This document shows positions 19,301 to 28,545 of a DNA stretch of 64,000 nucleotides, piece by piece; the stretch's first letter is position 1; every line of letters begins with the position of its first letter. The stretch is taken from the IMG/VR virus record IMGVR_UViG_3300049828_000286; one strand, given 5' to 3'. The DNA comes from an uncultured virus (IMG/VR IMGVR_UViG_3300049828_000286) (taxonomy: Duplodnaviria; Heunggongvirae; Uroviricota; Caudoviricetes). Made by a program: the position numbers and the translations under genes. The notes beneath the pieces are model-generated. The model ran no database searches. It was given only the letters and a program-made list of their open reading frames with translations, and was not told the origin of the DNA.

Positions 19301-22300
19301 TCAGTCTACCAACTATTCGCTGATGAGTTATGACTCAGGCGGCACGTCGTCATCATTGGATGCACAATTCAATGCCGCACCGATCCCTGGAGATGCGGTC
19401 GTTGTTATCGTGTCGGCTGCGGAGTCAGACCAGGACGACCTGTCGGTGTCAGACTCATTCGGCAATACATACACCTTGCAAGCCTCAACGTTCACGGACG
19501 GTCCATTCATCTATCTTGCGAAGGTAGTAAACTCAGGTAGGCCGTTTGTGGTCACGGTTGATACGGCACGCGTTGGTGGCGACGTGATGAGAGCTGTGCT
19601 TATGGAAGTGCATAATGTTGACTTCCAGGCAGCCTCACTCGTCAGTGACACAAACAATACGACAAGCACGTCAACAACGCCATATGACAATCTGGTTGTT
19701 GGAGACGATGCCCTACTGATTTCAGCGATGACGTACGACGGTAGCGGCCTGGCCGTTACCCCAAGCGCATTATGGGCCGAGAACTACCTTCTCGATGAGG
19801 GTAATTCTACTGGTGCTATGCTTGGTGTCATATCGAAGGTCGAGGTTCCGGCAGGCACGTACCAGCCTGGATGGACGCTATCGTCAAGTGTGACGTGGCA
19901 TGTTGCGTCCATTGCAATCAAGGCACCTGCTGCGTCGTCTGGGAACGTCTGGGAGCGTCCTAGTGTCGTGCCTGGTTATGTCGGTCGCTATATTGACGGC
20001 GGTAGGGCTGAGGTTCAGACAGCTGACAACAAGGCGAGACTTGTCTGGTATGCCATTGATGCTGGGCTTTCCAGTGGCACCTATTACGACATGGTCGTGA
20101 GCGATAAGCCGCGCTTCTACTGGCGGTTTACCGCGCTCGATACCGATGACTACGTCACCCAGTACGGCACGCTATTAGATGGCAGCGGGAATAGCCTTGG
20201 CACGTCTCAGTATCGCCTTATGCCTATGGGCGGGTATACGCTGCCTGCGGCGAGCGTGCTCGTTGGAGATGGTGATGCGAGTGTCCTCTTGAATGGGTCC
20301 AATGCGTACCTGAAGACCGAGAGTAATCTGCCATTCCCAGCTGGTGCCTTTACGATTGAGGCCTGGATCCAGACATCGACATCGGTGCCTGGGTTCGCAG
20401 CTGTCGCATGTAATAGGAATGGCGTGAGTGGGTTCTTCTTTGGTGTCTATCTTGGGAAGGCCCTCTTCCATGACGATACCTGGGGTTCGCCTGGCCTCGA
20501 GGGCGTCATGTCAATCGACGACGGACGGCCGCACCATATCTGCGTCACGTATGACGACGTCACAGATACTGGAAGGTTGTACGTCGATGGCCAGCTTGAA
20601 GCCACAGGAACACGGCCATCTATTGGTACATACAGCACTCAGCTGACCATCGGACTACAGGATCTCACGGACCCTGAGTACTACTTCCCTGGGAAGATCG
20701 ACGAGGTTGCGATCTATGGCAGGGCTCTGGCGCGTTCGGAGGTCTCTGCGCACGTGTCGCGTGGTAGCTACTTCATGTCAGATGCGGTAACCATTCCTGC
20801 TCCTGGAACAAAGGTTACAGTCAGGTATTGGAAGAATCAGCAGGCCAAGGCTCGCGTTACGAGTGCGTCTTCAATCCAGATCGAGAGAATGCGATTTGGC
20901 GATGACGGGATCCGTCAGAAGATTTTGCAGCCGTCTGATATGAACCCGGTCCCTCGTAGTTCACGTGAGTGCATGCTCCTTGGTGGTGCGTTCCTCGAGG
21001 ACTTCACCACAAAGAGATTTGAGGGTGGTTATAGCTTCGTGAGCATGGAAGATCACGAGACTGAGATACGTCGGTGGGTTCGTCCTGGTCGACCGCTGCA
21101 TATCAATGTGCCGGCGCTTCAGGATGATGAGCAGCGCCCTAATGGCGTCACTGTCATGATTGAATCTGTGTCGTCGCGGTTCCTCGGTAAGGGTGTCTAC
21201 GAGTTTACCCTAGACTTTGGGCCAGTTCGTGAGTTCGAGAACAAGCAGCGTGCCTTGCTGCTGGCCAGGAAGTCTCTGGTTGAGGTTCCGTCGCTGACGG
21301 ACTATCAGGAGATTGAGGCAGACGAGTTCGACGAACAGATCGGCATGCGACCACCGGATCCGATATCGATTGACATCACGTCGATGAATGGACCGTACAT
21401 TACGCTTAAGGCAGAGATGCCTCCGGCATCTGTGTTCGATGGGTATGAGTTCAGGATGTACGATGCTGGGTGGGGAGGCACTGGAGCATATCTCGCAGGC
21501 CTAGATGGGCGATCAAATGTCATCCCATATGTTCGAGACCACAAGTACTATTGCCGTTCTTACAGACTAGTCGATCCAGGCAACCCGTTCGGTTCTAAGA
21601 TCTACTCCGCGAATCACGCAATGATCCGCGTGTCCTATCCGATCTATGCTCCGAACGTTTATGGTGTAACTGGAGATCTGAACGCCACCAGGTGTCGCCT
21701 AGTGATGCCGAGTATGAGGGACCGTGACTTCTTCGCGTTCGTCATTAGAAAGGACAGCTGGTTCGGAGAGACACTCTACTACGGAGACGGCATCTATGCG
21801 AAGTACCAGGCTGCGAATGTCACAGCCTTCTTTGATGGTGGCCAGCTAATCCTCGAGATTCCGAACCCGTCACAGTTCACCTCGATGACGTTTGCCGTGT
21901 CGTCCGTGAATACGCTCGGCATGGGAACGTCAACACCGCAAATCTACACGGTGACGCGAGACACTCCCCTGCTCTCTTCTGGTCCGACCATTGCGAGCAC
22001 CACTCCAAACACCCTCACCTGGGTTGGTCAGGCTCACACGTGGGAGATTACTGAGTATGAGAACAGCACGCCTGTCAACACATTTAGTGTCCCTGGGGAG
22101 ACGCAGTCATGGACATTCCAGGCTGACGGCAGGGATCGGACCTACGAGGTTGCGCCAGTAGATAGCTTTGGTGGTGCAACGCCGATGACGTTTGACGTGC
22201 CTGGTGATATTGGCGTCCCATCGGCCCCAACGGCCTCATTGTCCTACGACAGTACGCCATCAACCGTGACGCAGGAGACGCTGGGTATTGTCCTCTCCTG

Positions 22301-23171
22301 GACGAAGCCTAGCACCAACTACTACGGCATTACGGTCTATGAATGGGAGGTTGCTGACAACGGCTCCTTTACCGTGAATGCCAATTGGCAGCGGAACCAG
22401 CTATACCCGAACAATGTCTCGGCTGCCACCTTCTCTGTCCCCTATCCAGAGCAGGGCGTCCTCCGCTATTTCCGCGTGAGGGCCGTTAATAGCTTCGGCA
22501 ACGGGGCCTGGTCATCTACGGTTTCAGGGACCGCTCCAAACGTCCTAGACGGGCTCACAGAGGGTGCCTTTGACGCGGCTGACCCAATCCTCCGTGGAGA
22601 TGCCAAGCTCGGAGGCGCGGCTGCCTACACTGTTGACAATGCCAATGACGCCACAGGAAGAGCGCTCGACGGTCTAGCCAGTGATGGCAACCTGTCACTG
22701 CCAGTGATCACGGGCGTGAAGGACAGCGTGTCAGGCCTGACCGCAACCTCTGATGACATCTACGATGTGGTCACCGGGTATCTTGGCGCATCAGCCGGGA
22801 TTCGGTTTGTGTGCTTGCTGGCTGGTGTCGATTATACAAGTGACGCCGTGGTTGCTGACGGGGTGGCGTATTTCCATATCCCGCTCGCCATGAACGGTAT
22901 GAACCTGGTGTATGCGAAGGCCAAGTGTGTGACGGCTGGAACGACTGGTACGGCAACGGTGCAGGTGCGCAATGTCACGCAAGCCGCTGACATGCTGTCA
23001 ACCAAGATTACGTTTGAATCAGGGGCGACTACATCAGGGACTGTGACAGCTGCGGTTATCGACACGGCGAATGATGACGTGGCCACAGATGACCTGTTGG
23101 CTATTGATATCGACACGCTGTCGACCACCAAGCAGAAGGGTATTCTCGTAACCCTTGGATTCGCCCTGTAA
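16368..23171 (+). CDS. Large tail tip / baseplate hub-host specificity protein with LamG and FN3-like modules
   Basis: About 2267 aa from the ATG at 16368. LamG motifs (FTIEAWI, HHICVTYD, LYVDG, IDEVAIYGRAL) and an FN3-like region (LSWTKPS...YFRVRAVNSFGNGAWS). Confidence 0.8.
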   Translation: MQRLLIDNRDGFGYRDFTRFLWEAGQFLRDTVNQPILFDFRIINVDNVPCWVLPKRGAVVRFEDTRFDISDEGHPGVLFTGVLTSDPEYVFLGSKNGQEAHGYACQATSEDFKLNIKQLTQKTYINRTRGYILADLITSMYDTPGEVMPFELSNILDGGVERIYTVDLSKKWTEVAAEFAKADGYVYSVLNSYVYYRPAMVEFNNPDPAATVRIESTDPRYNPHQLRLSRAGTEIYNDVTVLGQDEAGPSVTECFVSDGHQPYLQLTHMPYGVEEATLVDDDLAATTFDTSRWQVRDDGGHLEMFEDSLNVTGGPGGVERAALVLRKGLELGGILEFRDGEIMFGPTASGTAYLGTLYNSDELLDSSIVVGWKLLLTVGVDNPNGPAIVPVGPGGVLETAGLYYLNTSFSYILRKRMRADQVRRSSAAFLGATETGNLFEDPQTLQTDAEVYWTIDEIDTTDPEDLFTRKIEVLRKTYQNISDFALYSAVASVNARFAMNNVMVKQPTQVDVLLDNTGKTPTPSVVQTIDNYTGTSTTVWSEDWSRGDAASAFQNGYWERLIQPTRVVNHHGSGSYPGGYSATVHTLTLSNTVPSTATAGNLIVLCISRSEGSSGLTVTDSEGHTYTKQVSAGSATSGYIEIWTTTVVTGGTSLEWTVTSPVSEEVWISYQEISGWSSIGATASVVSDASPMVVDLPVQTDRSLMFSAAVYPDSGPSVITTPTGWSNLGGVGGASTQQYTFKYRFNTTANSDPSWVITNPTPGTNCAAVALQVYGLPVPDGTYPEVILAEHVTVVEGAGPGGVNVLDSFDGGAYDESAVLMNLPGTYNVLEGSASMDVKMTTAHGWSGDMMVLAYQSSFLTSNSDETYVRFISNGTDVTFSVHYNDWVGGTDTTPIYTASVANLMAGFATFELQWKVGTPTFSGGYLDDVAADGYIRLLINGVVVSQATGVRLYLSSGATADTNRINRFAPMRYGALGQSTNYSLMSYDSGGTSSSLDAQFNAAPIPGDAVVVIVSAAESDQDDLSVSDSFGNTYTLQASTFTDGPFIYLAKVVNSGRPFVVTVDTARVGGDVMRAVLMEVHNVDFQAASLVSDTNNTTSTSTTPYDNLVVGDDALLISAMTYDGSGLAVTPSALWAENYLLDEGNSTGAMLGVISKVEVPAGTYQPGWTLSSSVTWHVASIAIKAPAASSGNVWERPSVVPGYVGRYIDGGRAEVQTADNKARLVWYAIDAGLSSGTYYDMVVSDKPRFYWRFTALDTDDYVTQYGTLLDGSGNSLGTSQYRLMPMGGYTLPAASVLVGDGDASVLLNGSNAYLKTESNLPFPAGAFTIEAWIQTSTSVPGFAAVACNRNGVSGFFFGVYLGKALFHDDTWGSPGLEGVMSIDDGRPHHICVTYDDVTDTGRLYVDGQLEATGTRPSIGTYSTQLTIGLQDLTDPEYYFPGKIDEVAIYGRALARSEVSAHVSRGSYFMSDAVTIPAPGTKVTVRYWKNQQAKARVTSASSIQIERMRFGDDGIRQKILQPSDMNPVPRSSRECMLLGGAFLEDFTTKRFEGGYSFVSMEDHETEIRRWVRPGRPLHINVPALQDDEQRPNGVTVMIESVSSRFLGKGVYEFTLDFGPVREFENKQRALLLARKSLVEVPSLTDYQEIEADEFDEQIGMRPPDPISIDITSMNGPYITLKAEMPPASVFDGYEFRMYDAGWGGTGAYLAGLDGRSNVIPYVRDHKYYCRSYRLVDPGNPFGSKIYSANHAMIRVSYPIYAPNVYGVTGDLNATRCRLVMPSMRDRDFFAFVIRKDSWFGETLYYGDGIYAKYQAANVTAFFDGGQLILEIPNPSQFTSMTFAVSSVNTLGMGTSTPQIYTVTRDTPLLSSGPTIASTTPNTLTWVGQAHTWEITEYENSTPVNTFSVPGETQSWTFQADGRDRTYEVAPVDSFGGATPMTFDVPGDIGVPSAPTASLSYDSTPSTVTQETLGIVLSWTKPSTNYYGITVYEWEVADNGSFTVNANWQRNQLYPNNVSAATFSVPYPEQGVLRYFRVRAVNSFGNGAWSSTVSGTAPNVLDGLTEGAFDAADPILRGDAKLGGAAAYTVDNANDATGRALDGLASDGNLSLPVITGVKDSVSGLTATSDDIYDVVTGYLGASAGIRFVCLLAGVDYTSDAVVADGVAYFHIPLAMNGMNLVYAKAKCVTAGTTGTATVQVRNVTQAADMLSTKITFESGATTSGTVTAAVIDTANDDVATDDLLAIDIDTLSTTKQKGILVTLGFAL

Positions 23172-23218
23172 TCGTGTGATAGGGCAACTTAGGCTGTAGT
23201 AGAATATACACATTATTC

Positions 23219-23497
23219 TTGTGTATGGCCGTAGACAGTAGACATGCCGATTTCTCTGGCCAGGTGATGTACGGGAAGGACCTCCGTGACCATGCCTTGT
23301 ACGGAGCCATAATTAGCCTCACCTGTGAGCAGTTTGACGGCGTCAAGTTGACTGACGAGCAGGTGGCTCTTTTTGTGTTGATGATCAGTGAGGCTCAGTT
23401 CTCCAAGTCGTTTCAGGAGGGGCTGCGCCGGGTGGTGAAGGAGTCTCTTGGAGACCACCCATACGAGGTGCTCTGTCGCTACCTCAAGGTAGTGTAG
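23219..23497 (+). CDS. Hypothetical protein
   Basis: ORF downstream of a TAGAAT -10-like site at 23200-23205. Confidence 0.5.
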   Translation: MCMAVDSRHADFSGQVMYGKDLRDHALYGAIISLTCEQFDGVKLTDEQVALFVLMISEAQFSKSFQEGLRRVVKESLGDHPYEVLCRYLKVV

Positions 23498-23529
23498 GGC
23501 CTCCCCTAGCTCTAACTCTACTCTTTCGT

Positions 23530-23943
23530 TTGGACCCAATCCTTCTTTGGTCAGCTAGTGGCCGCAGCTACGTCTGTCGGTGTTTCGATCCTCGAGCCAG
23601 GAAGCGTAAGGGGCTGTGTTCTCCGTGCTATGAGCGGGCGTACAGGAAGAAGAAGAAAGCCTGCCCTGTCAAGAGCCGTGATTACAAGCTGAGGACTCGT
23701 TACGGCATCAATACCGATCAGTATGGAGAAATGCTCGTGAGCCAGGAGGGCCGATGTGCGATCTGCTCATCGGTGGCCTGTGATGAGCTTGTGCTTCATG
23801 TCGATCATGACCACGCAACTGGGCAGATTCGACAGCTATTGTGTGGACCGTGCAATACCTTGCTTGGAATGTGTAGAGACAGCACCGACATTCTCCAGCA
23901 GGCCATCGCCTACCTCCAGCGACACCAGGCAACCCATGGGTAA
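23530..23943 (+). CDS. Endonuclease VII domain protein
   Basis: YGINTDQY...QEGRCAIC...LHVDHDHATGQIRQLLCGPCNTLLG signature. Confidence 0.85.
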   Translation: MDPILLWSASGRSYVCRCFDPRARKRKGLCSPCYERAYRKKKKACPVKSRDYKLRTRYGINTDQYGEMLVSQEGRCAICSSVACDELVLHVDHDHATGQIRQLLCGPCNTLLGMCRDSTDILQQAIAYLQRHQATHG

Positions 23944-24406
23944 TGTTCTTAACCTCACGGAGTGGGAGTATCCGGAACACGTCCATCAAGAACTCTGCGA
24001 TCTTCTCCGAATCAATCCTCGCGTCTTTATTGTTCCAGATGCTATTCGTGACTTGTTTGCTGACCACTTAGGTGAGCCAGACATGAATGAGACTGAGGCG
24101 TTCTCTGACGAGTACAACAATATCGTCTACTTCTACTCACCTCTTTGGTCGCCTGAGTACCGCATGTGGCTGATCTTCCATGAGATGTTTCACTCGAGGC
24201 AGTACTTTGACCACGGGAATGCGGCTGGAGAGCGGTGGCAGAGCCTGACTGCTCCGCAAATGGAAGTGGCCTGGGAGAAGGAGGCGAATGAGTTCGCTGA
24301 CACGTACAGTGGCAGTGGCAAGCTAGACAAAGACTTCAAGCGATACGTAAAACCAGAAACCAAGAAAAAGCCTGAGCCAAAGCCACGAAGGAAGACAAAG
24401 AAGTGA
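23936..24406 (+). CDS. Zincin-like (HExxH) metallopeptidase, ImmA/IrrE-like
   Basis: LIFHEMFHSRQ followed by WEKEANEFA. The ATG at 23936 overlaps the previous stop. Confidence 0.55.
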   Translation: MGNVLNLTEWEYPEHVHQELCDLLRINPRVFIVPDAIRDLFADHLGEPDMNETEAFSDEYNNIVYFYSPLWSPEYRMWLIFHEMFHSRQYFDHGNAAGERWQSLTAPQMEVAWEKEANEFADTYSGSGKLDKDFKRYVKPETKKKPEPKPRRKTKK

Positions 24407-24510
24407 TAGAACGTCGAGTTAAACAAGGACAGACAACTGGTCAGCCATTCGCTAGTGGAATTAGTGGGATTACGTCATCGATAGTAGCAGACGATAACAG
24501 TGCAACCATT

Positions 24511-24867
24511 ATGACCACTATGACCACGCGAAACAAGGGTGCCTTCGACCTTGAGACGTACGACTATTACGCAAAGCAGCTGATCGAGAAGGCCCACCAG
24601 ATCGAGACGGCCAAGCGACCAGCCTATACGGTCGGCAGTGTTGATGTGCATGCCAACTTCAAGCGCACAGCAGAGCTAGCGGGAATCACTCCAGGGCAGG
24701 TGCTAGCGGTCTTTATGACCAAGCACTATGACGCCATCCTGTCAGCACTGGCGAGGCCTGAGCTCCCGCAGGCTGAAGAGATTGAAGGGCGGTTCGCTGA
24801 TCTCATTAACTACGCCAAGCTGGGATACACACTGCTCATGGCGCAGAAAGAGCTGCAGACCAAGTGA
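24511..24867 (+). CDS. All-alpha nucleotide-modification-associated domain protein (DUF1599/Nmad1-like)
   Basis: KRPAY...DVHANFKR...KHYDAI...EEIEGRFADLINY pattern. Start position uncertain. Confidence 0.5.
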   Translation: MTTMTTRNKGAFDLETYDYYAKQLIEKAHQIETAKRPAYTVGSVDVHANFKRTAELAGITPGQVLAVFMTKHYDAILSALARPELPQAEEIEGRFADLINYAKLGYTLLMAQKELQTK

Positions 24868-25073
24868 CAGGGCTTTGCTCAGCGCATAAGGACGGAGAGG
24901 ACCTGTCATGTGCCATTTGTTATCCACCAGAGGCCGCAGAGCCTCAGGTGGGCGACGTGCTCATGCTTGGTAAGTACTTGTGTTACGTCAGGAAGATTAC
25001 TAAGAAGGACATTATCGTGCGGCGTATCCGGAAGGATCGTATGGATCGCATTCAGGTGAGGGATAGCCAGTGA
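24864..25073 (+). CDS. Hypothetical protein
   Basis: GTGA-coupled at both ends. Confidence 0.5.
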   Translation: MTGLCSAHKDGEDLSCAICYPPEAAEPQVGDVLMLGKYLCYVRKITKKDIIVRRIRKDRMDRIQVRDSQ

Positions 25074-25660
25074 AGCGGGTAGGTGTGGACCTTGACGAAG
25101 TTGTCGCTGACTTTATTACCTCATTCAACACGCTCAGTAACGATGCGTTTGGTAGGCCCAAGGACATTACCTACCAGTGGCCAGAATGGTCAATCACGTC
25201 ATCGCTCGGACTGACGGAAACCCAGGAGGCCCACCTATGGGACCAGATCGTGTGCTCTGCCACGTTTTGGGAGTCGATGCCTGCCCTGCCTGGTGCCGGT
25301 GCTGCCCTTCAGCGCGTGTCCAGGCTTGAGTCACGTCAGGAGTTGGATGTCTGGTTCGTGACGAGCCGCCCAGATGTCGGTACGACACTCTCGCAGACGG
25401 AGCGTTGGCTTCGGCAGTTCGGATTCGCATCACCTCGCGTCATCATCACCGATGACAAGGGAGAGGTGGCGAAGGTTGTCAGGTTTGACTACTTCATTGA
25501 CGACAGGGACAAGAACTGTCTCGATATTAAGAAGGCTAGTCCTGGTACGACGGTCATGATGCCAGAAAAGGCATACAACAGAGCCTTGTGGTTCAGTCGA
25601 GATCTTGTCTTGGTGAGTGATTTTACAGAGGCTGTTCGTTTGATTGAGGAGGGATTGTGA
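25070..25660 (+). CDS. 5'(3')-deoxyribonucleotidase, HAD superfamily (NT5C-like)
   Basis: Motif I VDLDEVVADF, motif II FVTSR, motif IV YFIDD. Confidence 0.85.
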   Translation: MKRVGVDLDEVVADFITSFNTLSNDAFGRPKDITYQWPEWSITSSLGLTETQEAHLWDQIVCSATFWESMPALPGAGAALQRVSRLESRQELDVWFVTSRPDVGTTLSQTERWLRQFGFASPRVIITDDKGEVAKVVRFDYFIDDRDKNCLDIKKASPGTTVMMPEKAYNRALWFSRDLVLVSDFTEAVRLIEEGL

Positions 25661-26160
25661 TCCATCGGGACCAATGGCTGATCAATATCTGCAACGACCT
25701 TGGTAGCACAAGCGCATTGGCTCTCACACACAAGGGCCAGCCTGTTCATATCGGTCGCATGCTCTATGCCATCACTGGTAAGGAGTCATCATTTGGACAG
25801 CGCCGGACCTTTGTGAAGCATGAACCGGCCTATATGCCAGGCGGGAAGTACTACGTCAACTCGCCAAAGCTTCGCCAGGCCTATTACAAGTATGGCGTGC
25901 TCGCATCTTCCAGTTTCGGGGCCTTCCAGATCATTTACATCACCGCAGAAGAACTTGGATTCGCTGGTAATCCTGTTGAGCTGATCAGCGACAGAATCTG
26001 TGGGTACTACGCCCTGCAGTTGATCGAGAAGAGATTTAGTAAGGCCAAGACACTCACGCACGTCTTGGATGCCTATAACAGTGGAAATCACTACGACACG
26101 AACGTCCCGTACGACTACATTGCTGCAGTCACGGGCTATTACGAAGAATTGAATAGGTAA
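25657..26160 (+). CDS. Lysozyme-like / lytic transglycosylase endolysin
   Basis: Catalytic ES in KESSFG, GAFQI and AYNSG motifs. Near the holin gene. Confidence 0.7.
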   Translation: MIHRDQWLINICNDLGSTSALALTHKGQPVHIGRMLYAITGKESSFGQRRTFVKHEPAYMPGGKYYVNSPKLRQAYYKYGVLASSSFGAFQIIYITAEELGFAGNPVELISDRICGYYALQLIEKRFSKAKTLTHVLDAYNSGNHYDTNVPYDYIAAVTGYYEELNR

Positions 26161-26423
26161 TGTACGAAGATAATACATCAAAATTCGTAGCTGTAGACGT
26201 GCAGGAGCTATCAGCGACAGCACGTGGCCGCAAGGTCTACAACGCCATCCAGTCGTCGAACGCAGAAGAGTTCAGGAGCAAGCGCGGCCGGAAGATCTTC
26301 TTTGTCAGGGTCGACACCTTCGAAAAAATCAAGGCGCAAATGGGGTTCGAAGTCGAAGAAGGTTTCGATGGAACCTATCAGTGCGTCATGCCTACTGAAC
26401 CCCACGAGAGCATGGTGGTCTAG
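26160..26423 (+). CDS. Hypothetical protein
   Basis: TAATG-coupled ORF. Confidence 0.55.
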   Translation: MYEDNTSKFVAVDVQELSATARGRKVYNAIQSSNAEEFRSKRGRKIFFVRVDTFEKIKAQMGFEVEEGFDGTYQCVMPTEPHESMVV

Positions 26424-27077
26424 ATGCTACTACCAGAGCACGTCTACAACACGCTCGTGTCCGTGTGTGACACGTATCCATGGCCAGTTGTCGAGGACGA
26501 CTATCACCTTGGCGAGATCTTAAACGAGGTCGCCTGGACTCATCGATCTGAAGGATGGGGGCTCTCTCGGAAGACGGGCGGGCGTCATGTGAAAAGCCCT
26601 GTTGGGCTCATTGCTGAGGACATTCTGCAGCTACGCGATGGCAATCACTTTGATGTCCTACAGGCCGCATCCAAAGGCAATCCACTAAAGCCTGTTCGCG
26701 TCAGTAGCATTGGCATTATCGCCCCTGATCGACCATGGGTGGCCCCTGTCAATAATAAGCTGTCCTGGATGACCACGCCTCAGCAGCCGCCCACGCAGCC
26801 ACTGCCATCGCCAGAAGTCCCAGGCTCGACACAGGTGGTTGCCATGCTGGCTGACATCTCTAAGCAGCTGGTAGATGTCAACAACCGGCTCGCTCGCCTT
26901 GAGGCACAGCCATCCGGTACGGATCTCTCTGAATACGTGGACATGATGGTTGGTGCTGGCCCTGGCGAAGGAGCCCCGAACCATATCACAGACATCAAGG
27001 TGCGGATTGATCGTGCTACAGAACTGGCTCAGGCCATCATGAACAAACTGAATGCCTCGAAACTTCTTCGATACTAG
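26424..27077 (+). CDS. Hypothetical protein (globular domain, Pro-rich linker, coiled coil) in the lysis region
   Basis: 217-aa ORF with a PQQPPTQPLPSP linker. Confidence 0.65.
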   Translation: MLLPEHVYNTLVSVCDTYPWPVVEDDYHLGEILNEVAWTHRSEGWGLSRKTGGRHVKSPVGLIAEDILQLRDGNHFDVLQAASKGNPLKPVRVSSIGIIAPDRPWVAPVNNKLSWMTTPQQPPTQPLPSPEVPGSTQVVAMLADISKQLVDVNNRLARLEAQPSGTDLSEYVDMMVGAGPGEGAPNHITDIKVRIDRATELAQAIMNKLNASKLLRY

Positions 27078-27086
27078 AGGGACATT

Positions 27087-27485
27087 ATGCTTGAAGTGCT
27101 TGTTGAAGGTCTGTTTCACCTACTACCCATCGCCCTAACGATCATCGCCGCTGTCATTACTCGCCATGGCATTGCGTGGCTCAAGGCCACGTCTCAGAGG
27201 GCCGGCATTGAGCTCTCGAGCCGACAGGAAGCCTACATCATCCACGTGGCCACGCAGGCTGTGATGGCCGCAGAAGAGATTGTGGAGGCCAACTACAAGG
27301 CTGGTCTCTTGACTAAGTCCCAGAAGGCCGATAGGAAGCTACAGATGGCCATGGAGGACATTGCTGAGAAGTTGCCAGGCATGCCAGAGTATGATCGGGA
27401 CAAACTGATCCACGCTGTGCTCAACAACCTGAACCTGGGCGCTAGTGAGTTTGTGGGATTCATAACCGAGACTGAGAAGAAGTAA
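27087..27485 (+). CDS. Holin (LL-H-like)
   Basis: N-terminal transmembrane segment, then QAVMAAEE...KLQMA...LIHAVL pattern. Confidence 0.65.
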   Translation: MLEVLVEGLFHLLPIALTIIAAVITRHGIAWLKATSQRAGIELSSRQEAYIIHVATQAVMAAEEIVEANYKAGLLTKSQKADRKLQMAMEDIAEKLPGMPEYDRDKLIHAVLNNLNLGASEFVGFITETEKK

Positions 27486-27730
27486 TGTCCCTTGATGCGG
27501 AATCAAAGGGCATACCGACAAGGTACGTCGAGAAGCCTTTGTCAGCCTCCATCGATAGAACGCTCCAGAAGATCAAGAAGGACGGGTTCCTTGAACTCGA
27601 GGCCACCAATAAGGGGGTCGAAGTGGAGTTCGGTCACAAGTTCACGAAAGACTGGGTCGTTGGCGCATATGCCAGTCGAAACTGGGATGGAGCCATCCAG
27701 GCTGGCGTCAGAGTAAAGGGTGCCTGGTAG
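27485..27730 (+). CDS. Hypothetical protein with amphipathic beta strands ending in Trp
   Basis: TAATG-coupled and the last gene of the + strand arm. Confidence 0.6.
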   Translation: MSLDAESKGIPTRYVEKPLSASIDRTLQKIKKDGFLELEATNKGVEVEFGHKFTKDWVVGAYASRNWDGAIQAGVRVKGAW

Positions 27731-27751
27731 CGACACTCTCGTTGATAGATA

Positions 27752-27797
27752 CACAAATGGCCCGTTGGCGTAATTGCCTTCGGGCCATTGTTGTTTT
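27752..27797. terminator. Hairpin terminator at the convergence of the two arms
   Basis: Stem AATGGCCCG/CGGGCCATT followed by GTTGTTTT. Confidence 0.7.
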
Positions 27798-28545
27798 AGA
27801 TGTACTGCTCAATCCTGCACAGTGGCAGCTGGAGACTTGTGCGCGCATCCAGAATGGCCTGCGTATAGATCCACAGGTTAGGTGGGTGCTCTGGAAGGTC
27901 GCTCTTTGTGATCTCGCTATTGAGGTCTGACTCAAGGCTGTTCAGGAGCTCCTCGACCTGTGGCAGCGTGTACTTCCCATGCCTGATGTCCAGGAGCAAC
28001 TGCTGGCCCGTGGCGATAGGGAGCTGGATACGACGCTCTCGCGCATACTCAAGGCCCTGCAGCCCTAGCCGTGCGGCATGCATGGCGTACTTGGTGTCGA
28101 AGCCGTACTGTGTGGTCAGGTATTGCCTGTTCACGTCCTTCTGGCCTCGACGACCCATGAGGCGGTCCTTCTGGTCACGCATATACCCCAGGTATGACCG
28201 AAGAATACCCTTATGTGGTAGGTCTTCGATGATGCCGTCCATGACGGACTTCAGGATACGGCTCTCGCCTGAATCGACCACCGGGGCAAACAGCAGCTCC
28301 AGGAGCGTCGGGTTACCCTTGCTAATGAGCCGCATGAAGTGCTGCCACTCAAAGATTTGCGTCTTCGTGCGCGAGGATTCCATGACCTCAAAGGGTCGAT
28401 GGGTCGTGGCTAGCCGTTCCGATGGAGGATTAACACTCAGACACTTGTAGTCGTAGTCGGAACCTAGACTATTAAGGCCATACGCCCTGGAGCCCACCAG
28501 AAAAATCGCAATTGTGTTGTCGTGATACGGACGATTAGAGTTCAC
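27796..28545 (-). CDS. DNA polymerase beta-superfamily nucleotidyltransferase (YcgL/RlaP-like)
   Basis: VGSRAYGL..GSDYDY, KGNPTLLELLF, FDTKYAMHAARL and LLDIRHGK motifs. Confidence 0.85.
   Translation of the reverse strand: MNSNRPYHDNTIAIFLVGSRAYGLNSLGSDYDYKCLSVNPPSERLATTHRPFEVMESSRTKTQIFEWQHFMRLISKGNPTLLELLFAPVVDSGESRILKSVMDGIIEDLPHKGILRSYLGYMRDQKDRLMGRRGQKDVNRQYLTTQYGFDTKYAMHAARLGLQGLEYARERRIQLPIATGQQLLLDIRHGKYTLPQVEELLNSLESDLNSEITKSDLPEHPPNLWIYTQAILDARTSLQLPLCRIEQYI

Noticed and set aside
24511..24527. ATGACCAC-T-ATGACCAC short tandem repeat
   Set aside because: Two 8-bp units encoding MTTMTT are too short to be meaningful.
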